A DNA stretch of 63,531 nt, the filler included, from Actinomycetales bacterium (lineage in GTDB: Bacteria > Actinomycetota > Actinomycetes > Actinomycetales > CAVURS01): the NCBI GenBank assembly GCA_045807245.1. It is 6 parts of 6 records of this genome, joined end to end, with 100 filler letters (N's around TTAATTAATTAA, not from the genome) between each part and the next. Parts side by side here need not be neighbours in the genome. Positions count along the whole stretch, not along the records: positions 38,542 to 47,719 come from JBJMHS010000035.1; positions 47,820 to 54,235 come from JBJMHS010000042.1; 4 more parts are not named here. One strand, written 5' to 3'. The position numbers and the translations under genes were made by a program. Positions 41,695 to 51,327 of this stretch are shown here, one piece after another. Within the stretch, counting starts at the first letter, position 1, and each line of letters begins with the position of its first letter. The notes beneath the pieces were generated by a model. The model ran no database searches and was not told the origin of the DNA. It saw only the letters and a list, made by a program, of their open reading frames with translations.

Positions 41695-42966
41695 CTAGCT
41701 CGCAACGGGCACGTCGATCGCCGAGAGCGCGCACCGACGCAGACCGGCGAACGTCATGCGGACCCAGCGGTTTTGGTCGGCGATCGGCGTGGTCCGGGCC
41801 CATACCGCGACGCGGGGGTCCTGATGCGACGGGTCGTCCGGCCACACTCGCTGGACGATCAGCTGGGCCAGCCACTCCCGCGCGTTGAGCGCCTGCACGG
41901 GTGGCCGCTCGGAGGCGAACGCCGGACAGGTGGCCGGCGTCGCCAGGCTCTCTGCGACGTACAGGTGGCTCGGGGGCGTGATGTTGATGGTCCCTGGGTC
42001 GAAGAACACGATGCCGACATCGGCCGCGTGCACTGGGCCCGGTGCCGGCTGTTCGTAACGGGTTTGCCCGTCGAGGCCCAGGTCCTGCAGTCCGCCAGCG
42101 GCCTGGTTCATCAGCTGGCTCCACGGCCCGAGCTGGCTGGTGTTGCCGGCCAGCAGGCAGACCGAAACAGGCGCACCACGACAGAGCCGGTGCGGGTGGG
42201 TGTCCACTCGGCTGTACGTCGTGCCTGGCCCGGAGCAAAGCAACAGGCCGGCGGTGGCGAGTGCGGCGGACAGGCTGGCCGTCACCTGTGCAACGCGGCG
42301 CGTGGGCGCCCGTTGGATGAGGAACGACGCCGCCAGGGCTCCGGAGAGCCCGATGAACAGCAGCGCGGCGCCACCGGTGTAGCGATCGTCGATCACCGTC
42401 CCACTGCTGGGCCCGGTCGATCCGCCGAGTCTCCAGAACGCCAATGCCGAGCTCCCGCTCGCGGCGACCGTCAGCGCGTAGCAGGCGGCCACTGCAACTG
42501 AGGCAGTGACGTACGCCTGAAGCCGGCTCCCCAGGACCCAGCCGAGAGCGGCGCACAGACCCAGCTTGGTCAGGCCGATCAGCCATTCGGCGGGTTGGAA
42601 CCGGTCGGTGGGGTGATAGGCGCTGGTGATGGCCAGGACGAGGACCGTGCCGATGACGTACACGACCGTCGCCGACGCCAGTACCGCCACGGTCGGCGTG
42701 AAGCATGCAGCCAGCCGTCGCCGGGCGGTCGGTAGCAGGAGCTTGATCGTCAGTGCGCGCCATCGGGCCGACTGGTAGGCCGCCACTGCGGCGGTGAGCG
42801 GGCCGAGCAGGATTGTCGTACCGGCTGCCCAGTCGAGTGTCCACATCCACTCGCCGCGCCATGGCAGGTCACGCGCGAAGAGCACAACCGCGCTGACCGC
42901 GCCGAGCAGGATCAGCGAGAGCAGCGGGTCGCAGCCGCGCCAGACCGCGGTGAACGGACGCATCAT
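41695..42966 (-). CDS. Hypothetical ABC-permease-like membrane protein with Cys-containing extracellular C-terminus
   Basis: About 7 TMs, LLGPLTAAVAA, LCRGAPVSVCL; overlaps ABC ATPase stop. Confidence 0.7.
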   Translation of the reverse strand: MMRPFTAVWRGCDPLLSLILLGAVSAVVLFARDLPWRGEWMWTLDWAAGTTILLGPLTAAVAAYQSARWRALTIKLLLPTARRRLAACFTPTVAVLASATVVYVIGTVLVLAITSAYHPTDRFQPAEWLIGLTKLGLCAALGWVLGSRLQAYVTASVAVAACYALTVAASGSSALAFWRLGGSTGPSSGTVIDDRYTGGAALLFIGLSGALAASFLIQRAPTRRVAQVTASLSAALATAGLLLCSGPGTTYSRVDTHPHRLCRGAPVSVCLLAGNTSQLGPWSQLMNQAAGGLQDLGLDGQTRYEQPAPGPVHAADVGIVFFDPGTINITPPSHLYVAESLATPATCPAFASERPPVQALNAREWLAQLIVQRVWPDDPSHQDPRVAVWARTTPIADQNRWVRMTFAGLRRCALSAIDVPVAS

Positions 42967-43652
42967 GCGGCGTGGGTGATCGAGCTCAAGAACAGCTCCT
43001 CGAGGGAGCGGCCCGAGGCCGCGACCTCGTCGGCGTCGAACCGACGGACGACCCGCCCCTCGTGCAGCACGAGCGTGCTCGAGGCCAGGGCGGCGATGTC
43101 CTCGACGATGTGGCTGCTCAGGAGGACGGTCGCGCTCGTCGGCAGGTCGACCAGCAGCGCGCGGATGCGGGCCCGCTGCTCCGGGTCCAGGCCGGTCGTG
43201 GGCTCGTCGAGCAAGAGCAGGGACGGGCTGTCCATCACTGCCTGGGCGATCAGCAGGCGGCGGACCATCCCCCCGGACAGGGCGCCGATGCGGTCCGAGC
43301 GGCGCTCGCCCAGGTCGGCCCAGGCCAGCGCTTCTTCCACGACCGGCCGGCGCCGCGCTTTCGGCACCTTGCGCAGCCAGGCGAGGTACTCGAGGAACTC
43401 GCCCACCCGGAGCTGCTTGGGCAGGCTGACCGTCTGCGGGCAGTAGCCGACCGACGCTGACCGGCCATCGAGGCCGCAGTGGATGGAGCCGGCCGCCGGC
43501 CTCAGCTCGCCGACCGCCAGGCGAAGCGCCGTCGACTTGCCGGCTCCGTTCACCCCCAGCAGTCCGGTCACCCCGGCCTCGATCTGGAACGACGCATCCG
43601 TCAAGGCCGGCCGATGCCCGTACGCGTAGCTGACATTGTCGAAGCGCAGCAC
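42963..43652 (-). CDS. ABC transporter ATP-binding protein
   Basis: GVNGAGKST, LSGGM, LLLDEPTTGLD, SSH. Confidence 0.93.
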   Translation of the reverse strand: MLRFDNVSYAYGHRPALTDASFQIEAGVTGLLGVNGAGKSTALRLAVGELRPAAGSIHCGLDGRSASVGYCPQTVSLPKQLRVGEFLEYLAWLRKVPKARRRPVVEEALAWADLGERRSDRIGALSGGMVRRLLIAQAVMDSPSLLLLDEPTTGLDPEQRARIRALLVDLPTSATVLLSSHIVEDIAALASSTLVLHEGRVVRRFDADEVAASGRSLEELFLSSITHAA

Positions 43653-43654
43653 GC

Positions 43655-44071
43655 TCAGTACGAGAAGCTCGGGATCGCCGAGGCTTCGCTGCACGGGTCG
43701 GGCTGGAAGCTCCGGTCCTCGCAGACGTTGATCGTCGCCCGGACGTAGCTGTCGCTGTACAGCAGGTCGTGCTCGGAGTAGCTCCCGACGTACGAGTGGC
43801 TCGTCGTGCGGCGGCTGTTGGTCCAGTAGTAGACGACCGTGTGGGGGCCGAAGTCGTAGTTGGTGTGGACGTAGACGCCGTCGTCGCCGGAGTCGTTCTT
43901 CTTGTGGCTGTCGGTGTTGCGGGCTGTGACGTAGGCCTGGTTGTAGAAGTTGCCGTACGCGGAGCCGACCTTCGACGTGATGGTGCCCCACGCCACCGCC
44001 TGGGCCTGGCTGCCCATGAGGCAGATGCCGGCAGTCAGAGCAAGGGTGCGGACGATGAGCTGCTTGTACAT
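43655..44071 (-). CDS. Small secreted protein
   Basis: Sec signal ending AQA; Tyr/Ser/Asn-rich mature part; C-terminal C-x9-C; GC3-biased codons. Confidence 0.8.
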   Translation of the reverse strand: MYKQLIVRTLALTAGICLMGSQAQAVAWGTITSKVGSAYGNFYNQAYVTARNTDSHKKNDSGDDGVYVHTNYDFGPHTVVYYWTNSRRTTSHSYVGSYSEHDLLYSDSYVRATINVCEDRSFQPDPCSEASAIPSFSY

Positions 44072-44267
44072 GGAAGCCCCCTGAGGCGAGTTGTCCTACT
44101 GCATACCTAAAAGTAGCACTCCAGACGCCGGAAACTCATCGAGCCACAAGCCCTGTGGATGGAGCGGCCGCGGCCCAACATGCACAAGTGAGGTCCGAGC
44201 GCGTCAGCGGAAGCTTCCTCGCGGTTGTGCGTGTCGGTGTGTCGGTGGGGCGCGCCAGGATCGGTCT

Positions 44268-44621
44268 ATGACGACGGTCGAAGCGGTCCGCGACCTGGCG
44301 CTGAGCCTGCCCCGGGCCTACGAGGCGCTGGTGCGCGACCAGGTGAAGTTCCGGGTCGGCCAGATCGTGTTCCTGGCCTTGTCCCGCGACGAGACGGTCA
44401 TGGGGTGTGGGTTTCCCAAGGAGGAGCGGGCGGCCATGGTGGCCGCCGAGCCGGAGAAGTACGCGCTGCCCTCGACATCGGACCTGCGTTACCACTGGAT
44501 CCACGTCCGGTTGGACGCCATCGACGACGACGAGATGCACGACCTCGTGGTCGACGCCTGGCGCATGTGCGTCCCGAAGGGGGTGGCCCGGGCCTATCTC
44601 GACGACGCGTCGACCGGCTGA
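44268..44621 (+). CDS. MmcQ/YjbR family protein
   Basis: ALSLPRAYE, VKFRVG, VVDAWRMCVPK. Confidence 0.85.
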   Translation: MTTVEAVRDLALSLPRAYEALVRDQVKFRVGQIVFLALSRDETVMGCGFPKEERAAMVAAEPEKYALPSTSDLRYHWIHVRLDAIDDDEMHDLVVDAWRMCVPKGVARAYLDDASTG

Positions 44622-46525
44622 GCCGTCGACCTGTCGCTGTCGTCGTCAGCGCCTGTGGCGTCGTCGCCCCGGACCTCGGTCGCCTCGGTGGCCGGCAGCA
44701 GCGCGCTCGCTTCGGTGTGGACGACCTCACCGGCCTCGCCGACGCGCGCGACCATGGTCCGGTTGCGGCCAGCGGCCTTCGCGGCGTACAGCGCCCGGTC
44801 CGCCTCCCGCAGCAGCCCGGCCGGCGTGCCGCCGTGCTCCACCAGCTCGGCGATGCCGATGCTCGCGGTGACGCCGCGGTCGATCCCGGGGATGACGATG
44901 GCGGTGATGCTCTCGCGCAACCGCTCGGCCAGCCGCGCCCCACCCAGGCTGCTGGTCTCCGGCAGCAGGATGAGGAACTCCTCACCGCCGTACCGCCCGG
45001 CGAAGTCGCTCTGCCGCAGGACCGCGTCGATGGCGGTCCCCACGGCGGCTAGGACCTCGTCGCCCTTGCCGTGGCCGTACTGGTCGTTGACCCGCTTGAA
45101 GTGGTCGAGGTCGAGCATCAGAACGGACAGCGGCGCGATGGACCGGTGAGCTTGGGCGATCATGCGCTTGAAGGTGTCGTCCGTGGCGCGCTTGTTGGGC
45201 AGGCCGGTGAGCGAGTCGTTGTTGGCGCGGAACTCGGCCAGGGCCAGGTTGCGCAGGTTGGCGAGCACCGGAGCGGCCTGGGCGACCGTCAGTGCGATCC
45301 GGCTGTCCTGCTGCGGGTCGAGCCGCTCGTCGTGACCGACCAGGACGGAGCCGATGACCTCCCCGCTCACCAGGAGCGGCTCGCAGGTGGACTGCTCCTT
45401 GGCCCCGTGCTGGCAGATCCGGCACTCTAGCAGCTGGTCCTCCTTGCCCTCGCGATGCGGGCGGCCCAGGCGCAGCGCCAGGCACGAGCGGGGCTCGGCC
45501 CCCAGGAGGCGGGTCCCTACCGGGTCGCCTTCCGGCGGCGCGGTCGCGGCCTCGAGGCGGTTGTTGCTGTTGTTGCGGGTCAGCACGGTTACGCCGCTGC
45601 CGGGTAGCGACCGCTCGAGGTGGCGTTTGAGCAGGCCGTGCGCCTCGTCCTCGGACGAGGTGGCCTGAAGGGTCTCGATGAACTCGGTCTGCGCGCTCTC
45701 GTAGCTGCTGAGCCGCTGCCGCGCCGAGACCATCTCGTTGAGTGCGCTCCCGAGGTCGGTGAGCTCGTCGGTCCCGGTCACGGTCAGCCGTTCGCTCGGG
45801 CGGCCCGCCGCGATCTGTCCCGCGAACGCCGAGTAGCTGCGGATCCGGGGGACCAGGCTGCGGATGAGCAGCAGGACGACGGTCAGGCCGACCGCGAGCG
45901 CGATGCCGGAGCCGACCGCGAGCTGCCAGAGCGTGGATCGGTAGGTCCTCAGGGCGGACCGGTCGGCCAGATGGGCCTCCTCGCGTTCGACCGTGTCCAG
46001 CGCCGCGGCCGAGTCGACCATGCGCCCGAACAGCTCGGCCGTGTGCGCCGCCGTACGGTCCTCGGCGTCCTCCTGGCCGCTCACCGCGTCGTAGGCACCG
46101 GAGCGACGCAGGGCCAGGAAGGAGTCGAAGTCGTTGGCAATGGCCTGCAGCCGCTCGGGCGCCGCCGGGTCGGCACCGAGCACGTCGTTGAGCGTGCTGA
46201 GCTGCTGCTCGATGAGTGGGATCTCCGCCTCGTCCAGGCCGGCCTCGAGGGCGGCCTTGCGCTGCGGGTCCGCGGTCACGATGAGCTGCAGGGCCGTGCC
46301 GCTGGCCTGACGCAGCGCGAGCTCCAGCCGGGTCGTCTCCTGGCTCGTGACGATGTTGTCGTCGTACAAGGAGGAGATCTGGCTCTGCATCCGGGCCAGG
46401 CCGAGCGCTCCGGCCACCGTCACGGTCAGCATCGCGAGCAGCACGACGCCGACGGCAAGGGAGAACTTGCCGCCTACGCGCACGCGCAGGCCCCGACGGG
46501 CCGCGTGCTGGTATGGCCCGGGCAC
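44594..46525 (-). CDS. Membrane diguanylate cyclase (four-helix sensor, HAMP, GAF-like, GGDEF)
   Basis: DSLTGLPN, DLDHFKRVND, RQSD I-site, GGEEF; start inferred. Confidence 0.9.
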   Translation of the reverse strand: MPGPYQHAARRGLRVRVGGKFSLAVGVVLLAMLTVTVAGALGLARMQSQISSLYDDNIVTSQETTRLELALRQASGTALQLIVTADPQRKAALEAGLDEAEIPLIEQQLSTLNDVLGADPAAPERLQAIANDFDSFLALRRSGAYDAVSGQEDAEDRTAAHTAELFGRMVDSAAALDTVEREEAHLADRSALRTYRSTLWQLAVGSGIALAVGLTVVLLLIRSLVPRIRSYSAFAGQIAAGRPSERLTVTGTDELTDLGSALNEMVSARQRLSSYESAQTEFIETLQATSSEDEAHGLLKRHLERSLPGSGVTVLTRNNSNNRLEAATAPPEGDPVGTRLLGAEPRSCLALRLGRPHREGKEDQLLECRICQHGAKEQSTCEPLLVSGEVIGSVLVGHDERLDPQQDSRIALTVAQAAPVLANLRNLALAEFRANNDSLTGLPNKRATDDTFKRMIAQAHRSIAPLSVLMLDLDHFKRVNDQYGHGKGDEVLAAVGTAIDAVLRQSDFAGRYGGEEFLILLPETSSLGGARLAERLRESITAIVIPGIDRGVTASIGIAELVEHGGTPAGLLREADRALYAAKAAGRNRTMVARVGEAGEVVHTEASALLPATEATEVRGDDATGADDDSDRSTAQPVDASSR

Positions 46526-46623
46526 GTTCCTGGATATCGACCCGAACGGGTGAGTACTTGACCTGGAGAACCGGGCAGATCCGGCGGCCACGTGTACACC
46601 GTTCGGCGCAACCCGAACGAAAT

Positions 46624-46697
46624 GTACGCCGCGCGCGAACGGGCTCAGGTAACGGAACATGCATGCCGAGGAGGTAGTTGGCTTCGGCAGATAGCAT
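46624..46697 (+). promoter_or_regulatory. clpC control region: ClgR-like operator, SigR/SigH-type promoter, housekeeping -10
   Basis: GTACGC-N5-GCGAAC (46624-46640); GGAAC-N18-GTT (46654-46679); TAGCAT (46692). Confidence 0.65.
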
Positions 46698-46762
46698 CGA
46701 AGTGGTCCTGACGGGTGCGGACAGTCCGCGCCCGACCGGCCGCCCCGCGAGGAGTGCGCACA

Positions 46763-47719
46763 ATGTTCGAGAGATTCACCGACCGAGCCCGACGGGTTGT
46801 CGTCCTGGCCCAAGAAGAGGCCCGGATGCTCAACCACAACTACATCGGCACGGAGCACATCCTGCTGGGGCTGATCCACGAGGGCGAGGGCGTCGCCGCC
46901 AAGGCTCTGGAGAGCCTCGGCATCTCGCTGGACGCCGTCCGCGAGCAGGTGCAGGAGATCATCGGCCAGGGCCAGAACGCGCCGTCCGGCCACATCCCCT
47001 TCACGCCGCGGGCCAAGAAGGTCCTCGAGCTGAGCCTGCGCGAGGCGCTGCAGCTCGGCCACAACTACATCGGCACGGAGCACATCCTGCTCGGCCTGAT
47101 CCGCGAAGGTGAGGGCGTCGCCGCGCAGGTGCTCGTGAAGCTCGGCGCGGACCTCAACCGGGTGCGCCAGCAGGTCATCCAGCTGCTGTCCGGCTACCAG
47201 GGCAAGGAGCCCGCGACGTCTGGCGGGCCGGCCGAGGGCAGCCCGTCCGGCTCGCTGGTCCTCGACCAGTTCGGCCGCAATCTCACCCAGCTGGCGCGCG
47301 AGAAGAAGCTCGATCCCGTCATCGGGCGCGAGCGTGAGATCGAGCGCGTGATGCAGGTTCTGTCTCGCCGCACCAAGAACTACCCGGTGCTGATCGGCGA
47401 GCCCGGCGTCGGCAAGACCGCCATCGTCGAGGGCCTGTCCCAGCGCATCGTCGCCAACGACGTGCCCGAGACACTGCACGGCAAGCAGCTGTACACGCTC
47501 GACCTCGGTGCCCTCGTTGCGGGGTCCCGCTACCGCGGCGATTTCGAAGAGCGCCTCAAAAAGGTGCTGAAGGAGATCCGCACCCGCGGCGACATCATCC
47601 TGTTCATCGACGAGCTGCACACGCTCGTGGGTGCGGGCGCCGCCGAAGGCGCCATCGACGCGGCGTCGATCCTCAAGCCCATGCTGGCCCGAGGCGAGTT
47701 GCAGACCATCGGTGCCACC
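46763..47719 (+). CDS. clpC: ATP-dependent Clp protease ATPase ClpC (3' cut by gap)
   Basis: [35 protein letters not shown]. Confidence 0.97.
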
Positions 47720-47819
47720 NNNNNNNNNNNNNNNNNNNNNNNNNNNNNNNNNNNNNNNNNNNNTTAATTAATTAANNNNNNNNNNNNNNNNNNNNNNNNN
47801 NNNNNNNNNNNNNNNNNNN
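47720..47819. other. Artificial contig linker
   Basis: N-run + TTAATTAATTAA. Confidence 0.97.
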
Positions 47820-48788
47820 CTGATGGCGCACCTGCGCTACCCCGAGGACCTGTTCAAGGTGCAGCGCAACATGCTGGCGAAGTACCACGTCACGGACCCG
47901 GCGTCGTTCTACGGCGGTCAGGGTTTCTGGACCGTTCCGCCGGACCCGACCGAGACGGACGGCAGCACTCAGCCGCCGTACTACCTGACGCTGAAGATGC
48001 CGGGGCAGGACCAGCCGGCGTTCTCGCTGACCTCGACGTACATCCCGGCCGGCTCGGGTACCCGGTCGGTGCTGACGGCCTACCTTGCCGCTGATGCCAG
48101 TGCCGGTACGACCGCGGGCAAGGTGGCACCCGGGTACGGACAGATACGAATGCTCGAGCTGCCCTCGGACACCGTCGTGTCCGGACCCGGGCAGGTGCAG
48201 AACAACTTCAACACGAACGCGGCGCAGAACACGTTGCGGCTGTTGAACCAGGGCGGCTCGAAGGTCGAGTCCGGCAACCTGCTGACGTTGCCCGTCGGTG
48301 GCGGCCTGCTGTACGTCCAGCCGGTGTATGTGCGCGCGACCGGCGAGACGTCGTACCCGTTGCTGCAGTACGTGTTCGCGGCCTTCGGCGACAACATCGG
48401 CTTCGCGCCGACGCTGGATGCGGCCCTCGACCAGGTGTTCGGCGGCAACTCCGGCGCCAATGCCGGCGATGCCGGGCAGAACAACGGCGGCACCGGCGGT
48501 ACCGGAACGGGTGGTACGGGCGGCACCGGTGGCGGTCAGACGCCCACGACCACGGCCGCGCAGGACCTCAAGGACGCGCTGGCGGCGGCGCAGGCAGCCA
48601 TCGCGGCGAGCCAGAAGGCTTTGGCGGCAGGTGACTTCACGGCCTACGGCACCGCGCAGAAGCAGCTGGCCGACGCGGTCAGGCAGGCCATCACGGCGGA
48701 GGCCAAGATCGAGGCGGAGGCCGCGAAGGGGGGCAAGACGGCGAGCCCGACGGCGTCAGCAACCGCCACCCCGTCGCCGTCCGGCTGA
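47820..48788 (+). CDS. UPF0182 family membrane protein (5' cut by gap)
   Basis: HLRYPEDLFKVQR, GNLLTLPVGGGLLYVQPVY, GDFTAYG. Confidence 0.92.
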   Translation: MMAHLRYPEDLFKVQRNMLAKYHVTDPASFYGGQGFWTVPPDPTETDGSTQPPYYLTLKMPGQDQPAFSLTSTYIPAGSGTRSVLTAYLAADASAGTTAGKVAPGYGQIRMLELPSDTVVSGPGQVQNNFNTNAAQNTLRLLNQGGSKVESGNLLTLPVGGGLLYVQPVYVRATGETSYPLLQYVFAAFGDNIGFAPTLDAALDQVFGGNSGANAGDAGQNNGGTGGTGTGGTGGTGGGQTPTTTAAQDLKDALAAAQAAIAASQKALAAGDFTAYGTAQKQLADAVRQAITAEAKIEAEAAKGGKTASPTASATATPSPSG

Positions 48789-48801
48789 CGTTGCACAGCG
48801 A

Positions 48802-49383
48802 CTAGCGAGCGGGGGAGCGCCAGAAGGGGTCGCGACCGGTCCGCGCGATCAGCTGGTCATGGGCGTACTCGGAGTCGGTGGGCACCGGGGCCTTGAAGTA
48901 CGACGAGCCCGAGTACTGCGCGAACCGGTCCGAATAGCGGTCCATCAGGTACTGGACGACAGCGCCGTCCAGTCCCTCGCCGATGTCGGCTCCGCGCTGC
49001 ACGTCCCAGCGGTGGACCGCCAGGTCGAGCAGCATCTCCTCGCCGTACGACGCGACCGTGGCCGGCCCCGAGGACAGATGCACCTTGGCCGTGGGGTCCG
49101 CGTAGGCCCAGGCCTCGGCCGACAGCCGGGCGGCCGCCCGCCATGCGCCGGGCGGGTCCTCGCCGAGGACATCTCCCTCGTACGCGTCGCCGACGTCGTC
49201 GATGGACTCGCCCTTGAGCAGCCGGGGCGCCCAGAGGTGCTCGCTGGTCATGTGGTTCACGACGTCACGGACTGTCCAGGCATCGCAGGGCGTCGGGTTG
49301 GCCCAGGCGTCCTCCGGCACGTGAGAGACGGTGGCCGTGAACGCGGGGATCGCGGACAGGATCAGCGACCGAACGTCGGTCAT
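48802..49383 (-). CDS. TIGR03086-like DinB-superfamily metal-binding protein
   Basis: PTPCDAWTVRDVVNH, AVHRWDV, TGRDP. Confidence 0.85.
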   Translation of the reverse strand: MTDVRSLILSAIPAFTATVSHVPEDAWANPTPCDAWTVRDVVNHMTSEHLWAPRLLKGESIDDVGDAYEGDVLGEDPPGAWRAAARLSAEAWAYADPTAKVHLSSGPATVASYGEEMLLDLAVHRWDVQRGADIGEGLDGAVVQYLMDRYSDRFAQYSGSSYFKAPVPTDSEYAHDQLIARTGRDPFWRSPAR

Positions 49384-49451
49384 ACCTCAGGTCTATCTGG
49401 TCGAGCCGTCGGTTGCACGTCGAGATGGCACAAACTCGGCAAAACGCCGGC

Positions 49452-51323
49452 TCACACAGGAAGGGTGGCGCGGACGCGGCCGCCGGTGTCGGTCGGACCG
49501 GCGTCCAGGGAGCCGCCGAGCTGTTCGCAGCGTTCGCGCATCGATGACAGTCCGACCCCGGGCCGCCAACGATGGGTCGTCACCGAGCCGTTGATGCGAC
49601 CGCCGTCGTCTTCGACCGTGACGACGAGACTGCCCTCACGCAGGTGGAAGTCGGCGTGCACCGCGTTGGCCTGCGAGTGACGCGAGGCGTTGGTGACGGC
49701 CTCGACCGCGATCCGGTACGCCGCGACCTCGACTGCGGCCGGCAGGGTGGGCAGCGGCTCGGCCTCGGTGACGCGTACGGCGAGCGCTCGGCCACCCTCG
49801 CCGTACAGCCGGGCCGTCTGCTGACGGACGGCGCCCAAGAGGCCGAGCTCGTCGAGAGCCGGTGGCCGCAGGCCGACGACGATCCGTCGGATATCCGCGA
49901 TGGCCGACGCCGCGTCGGCCCGAAGCGCGACCAAGAGTGCTTGTGCCGCAACGGGGTCCGTCGGCACGAGGTTGTAGGCGGCATCGGCGCTGTAACCCAC
50001 GCCGGCCAGCACCGGGCCCAGCCCGTCGTGCAGGTCGCGCCGGATCCGCCGCCGCTCCTCCTCGAGCGCGGCGACGACCTGGCCGCGAGACTCCTGCAGC
50101 TGGTCGGCCAGCTGAACCGCCTGCATGGCCCGGGCGAGCGGCGCGGCGACCAGGTTGATCACACCGCGGGTCGCGGCCGGCAAGGTGATGGCGTCGCCGG
50201 GCAGCCCGACCACGAGGGCACCGACCTCCTCGTCGCCGACGAGGAGCGGGGTGCGGGCAGACAGCTCGACCGGTTCGCCGATGATCGCCAGCGCCACCCC
50301 GCCCTGCCAGATCTCCACGCGGGGCAGGCTGAGCGCCGAGCGCAGCGACTCGGCCCAGGCCTGCGGGTCGGTGTCGGCCTGCAAGCGGGCGCCGAACGCG
50401 GACATGGTCGCGACGGGATCGGCGCTGCCGCCGAACAGCAGCTCGTCAAGCAGCTGGCGCACGATCTTGGAGACGGGGTGGAAGCCGAGCGCGATCGCGA
50501 TGACGAGCAGCCCGGAGGCCTGCGGGGTCATCTCCCTGCCGTAGTAGCGCGCCGCAGACAGCCCGCCGATGTAGACCGCGAGGGCCAGCTCGGCCATCAC
50601 GATGTAGAGCACGGTCTGGCTGATCAGGGCGCGGATGTCGCGCAGCCGCGGGTTGACCGCGCCGACCGTGATCGTGACCGGTACGACGAGCGAGATCACC
50701 AGGGCAGCCACGAGGGCGAGAGTGTCGATGGTCCGGCCCTCGCCGCCGTCGACCAGAAAGATCACGTGACCGCCGACGACCGCGGTGACTCCGCCGCCGT
50801 ATGCGAGCCAGAGGAGGCTCCGCCGCAGGTCGCCGGTGCTGCGCTCGGTGCGCCACCAGACGTCGCAGGCGACGACGACGCCGAGCACGGCGGCGAACGA
50901 GGCGACGGCATTGGGCTGGTGGAAGGTGGCGAGCAGGGCGATGCCCGAGGCCAGACAGACGGCGGCGGCCGCGCGGAACGTCGCTGTGCGGATGTCACGG
51001 GCTGGAAACGCAAGCACCGCAACGGGTAGCGGGATCACAAAGCCGGCGACGCCGATCTGGTCGGCCCCGCCGACACCGAAGGTGTCGAGTGCGGCACCGG
51101 CCAGGAGCAGGAAGCCCGCCGCGAGCAGGGCATATCCGCTCGAATGAGCCGGCGACCGCTGCGCGAGGACGGCGCCGGCGACGGCCAACGCGAGGCCGTC
51201 GACGACGAAGATGAGCAGTGCGCGGGTCTCGACGTCGCTGTCGGAGAGCCACATCCCGACGGTGCCGACGACGGCGAGCGCGCCCAGCAGCCCGTACGTC
51301 GCAAGCGTGGCGCGGCGGGTCAT
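49452..51323 (-). CDS. Membrane HisKA_3 sensor histidine kinase
   Basis: RRDLHDGLGP, EAVTNASRH, EDDG, GVGLSSMRER. Confidence 0.93.
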   Translation of the reverse strand: MTRRATLATYGLLGALAVVGTVGMWLSDSDVETRALLIFVVDGLALAVAGAVLAQRSPAHSSGYALLAAGFLLLAGAALDTFGVGGADQIGVAGFVIPLPVAVLAFPARDIRTATFRAAAAVCLASGIALLATFHQPNAVASFAAVLGVVVACDVWWRTERSTGDLRRSLLWLAYGGGVTAVVGGHVIFLVDGGEGRTIDTLALVAALVISLVVPVTITVGAVNPRLRDIRALISQTVLYIVMAELALAVYIGGLSAARYYGREMTPQASGLLVIAIALGFHPVSKIVRQLLDELLFGGSADPVATMSAFGARLQADTDPQAWAESLRSALSLPRVEIWQGGVALAIIGEPVELSARTPLLVGDEEVGALVVGLPGDAITLPAATRGVINLVAAPLARAMQAVQLADQLQESRGQVVAALEEERRRIRRDLHDGLGPVLAGVGYSADAAYNLVPTDPVAAQALLVALRADAASAIADIRRIVVGLRPPALDELGLLGAVRQQTARLYGEGGRALAVRVTEAEPLPTLPAAVEVAAYRIAVEAVTNASRHSQANAVHADFHLREGSLVVTVEDDGGRINGSVTTHRWRPGVGLSSMRERCEQLGGSLDAGPTDTGGRVRATLPV

Positions 51324-51327
51324 GACG

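Noticed and set aside
46526..47620. Apparent 1008-aa diguanylate cyclase with a long N-terminal extension
   Set aside because: The extension is the antisense shadow of clpC; the real start is near 46525. The same applies to the ligase ORF extension opposite ku.
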